Assembly (NCBI GenBank): GCA_965112735.1
Contig: OZ218957.1
Span: 434,001 to 498,000 of the forward strand
Direction of reading: 5' to 3'
Source: Phaeosaccion multiseriatum
Lineage: Eukaryota > Protista > Ochrophyta, other classes
DNA: 64,000 bases
The translations under genes and the position numbers were made by a program. The notes below the pieces were generated by a model, which was not told where the DNA came from, ran no database searches, and saw nothing but the letters and a program-made list of their open reading frames with translations. Positions 62,100 to 64,000 of the stretch are shown here, in pieces. Every line of letters begins with the position of its first letter. Within the stretch, counting starts at the first letter, position 1.

Positions 62100-64000
62100 G
62101 GTTGTTGATCTCTTTCTTTGTTCCCATTTTTTTATTCTCTTTTGTATGATTGAAAACTGCGCCACTGCCACTCTGCCCCACCCCCCCCACGCACACACAC
62201 CACACACACACACACACACACACGCACACACACACACACACACCACAGGCACTCAGTCGGTGATCGGCAGCAAGACGGAGGGCGCTCTGCTCGTCATGCT
62301 GCAGCAACTTGACATGGACTACCTTCATCTGAGGCAGGCAGTGGAGCCGGGCAAAGTGTTCACCTTCAGCAGCGTCAGGAAACGGATGAGCACTTTGGTG
62401 CCAATAGAAGGGTGAGGGAGAGAGGAAGAGGAGAGTGAGTGAGTGAGGGAGGGAGGGGAGACGGGGAGGGAGGGGAGACGTGGAGGGAGGGATGGAGGGA
62501 GGAAGGAATGGAGGGAGGGAGGGAGGGAGGGAGGGGAGGGGAGGGAGGGTAGGGCGGGTGGGGAATGGAGAAGGAATGTGTTGCGGACGAGATGCCTGGC
62601 CAGATAGATGGATAGATGGAGATAGACATCAGTTAGCTGACACTGCTGCACCTCCTCAATCAAACCATTGGTCCTCACCCCACACACCACCCACCCACCC
62701 ACCCACCCACCCCCTTGACTGTATTCTGAAACTGACATATGCAACCTGATGAAACTGTGTTACCTGCATGCAGGGGGAGGAAGATCCGCGTGTACTGCAA
62801 GGGAGCGGCGGAGATCGTGCTCGGTCTGTGCACACACGTGTTGGACACGAGCGGCAAGCCCAAGGTACGCTTCGTATCGTTTCGACCCCTGCCTCGCCAG
62901 AGCTGTGCGGAACTATAACCAATCGTACCACACGCTCTCTCTCTCTCTTCCTCTCATCCTGTCTCCCCCCCCCCCCTCTCTCTCTCTTATCTCTCTCTTC
63001 TCTCTGTCTCTCTCTTTCTCCCTCTCTTCTCTCTTTCTCTCTCTCTCTCCCCTCTCCTGTCCACAGCCCATGTCTGACACAGACCGCGAGGAGCTTGACA
63101 GCACCATTCAGAGCTTCGCAGGGGATGCACTTAGGGCCATCGCCATTGCACATGTTGACATCCCCATGGTGGACAATCTAGAGGTATATAGGGAGGACAT
63201 GGGGGGTTGGGGTGTGGGTGGACAGTGGAGGCATATAGGGAGGACAGGGTGGACATTATAGAGGTGTATGGGGAGGACAAGATGGACAATCTGGAGGTAT
63301 ATATGGGGGGTGGGTGGGTGGACACTCTAGAGGTGTATGGGGAGGACAGGGTGGACACTCTAGAAGTGTATTGAGACGTTCAGACAAGCAGACTTGGAGA
63401 AGAGACGAAAAGTTCTTCTCATGCTCCCTCTCTCCCCTCTCTCCCTCCCTCCCTCCCTCCCTCCCTCCCTCCCTCCCTCCCTCCCTCCCTCCCTCCCTTC
63501 CTCCCTCACCACCAGTCCTTATCCGTGGAGGAGGTTGAAAAGAACATGTGCTTCGACGCCGTGGTGGGCATCAAAGACCCCCTCCGTAAGGACGTCAAGG
63601 AAGCCGTACGGCAGTGCCAGGCTGCGGGCATAATGGTCAGGATGGTGACAGGAGACAATGCCGCGACGGCAAGGGCCATTGCCAAGGAGTGCGGCATCTT
63701 GACGGAGGGAGGGCTGGCCATTGAAGGGCCGGAGTTTCGGAAAATGTCACCTCAGGCACTGGTGAGTGAGTTTGGAGTTTCAAGTTTTGAGTCGGAGTGT
63801 GAGTGTGAGTGTGAGGTTCAGTTTGAGTTTGGATGGAACCCCTCCCCCCCCCCCCTCTCTCTCTATCCTTCGCGTGTTGCCCATCAAACGCTGCCGCCCG
63901 CTTCCTGCCGGCCACTCACTGCCGTCTAGCTAAGAATTGCTATCACTGTCCGCTGCCATCTCTTTGCTGACTTACGAACAACATTCAGGACGAGGCGCTC
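57952..64000 (+). CDS. P-type IIB (PMCA-type) Ca2+-transporting ATPase, 3' end beyond window
   Basis: [87 protein letters not shown] (phospho-Asp), [38 protein letters not shown]. Confidence 0.96.
63169..63371 (+). repeat. ~33-bp degenerate tandem repeat derived from an exon/intron junction of the Ca2+-ATPase
   Basis: About six copies of GTGGACANTCTAGAG|GTRTATRGGGAGGACAGG; the first copy is the presumed real donor site. Confidence 0.8.

Noticed and set aside
1-64000. Hundreds of ORFs of poly-CV/HT, RE/SL, poly-S/P/Q type in the ORF track
   Set aside because: They are translations of (CA)n, (GA)n and triplet microsatellites or antisense shadows of real exons (e.g. 17543-18778, 42652-43455, 34064-34768).
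1-64000. tRNA, rRNA, autonomous transposon or viral genes
   Set aside because: No recognisable tRNA cloverleaf, rRNA sequence, transposase, integrase, RT or capsid motifs were seen.

Overview
GC-rich, intron-rich eukaryotic nuclear DNA with microsatellite-filled introns. A plastid leucyl aminopeptidase with a signal peptide plus 'AF' bipartite leader and a flagellar NME7 point to a flagellated photosynthetic stramenopile (ochrophyte) or a similar complex-plastid alga. Spliced genes reconstructed by hand: a KH-domain RNA-binding gene (-), DnaJ/TMEM185-like membrane protein (-), RPL22 (+), mitochondrial L7/L12 (-), a myristoylated EF-hand pseudo-calpain (+), Mic60/mitofilin (-), a carnitine/acylcarnitine-type mitochondrial carrier (-), a large GT8-like multi-membrane protein (-), NME7 (+), plastid M17 aminopeptidase (-) and a P2B Ca2+-ATPase (+, cut by the window end). 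The most unusual part is 19.5-26.7 kb. It holds decayed paralogs of the KH gene, and one copy keeps its upstream region and splice sites but has two coding exons folded back on themselves (about 430-bp and 122-bp hairpins). This is a candidate hairpin-RNA/siRNA locus born from a fast-evolving KH family. Also notable are a CCTAGG/GGCC palindrome island at 36.6-37.6 kb, a three-copy dispersed repeat with one sharp shared end, and introns with complementary simple repeats at their two ends. Exon boundaries were read by eye and are unverified.
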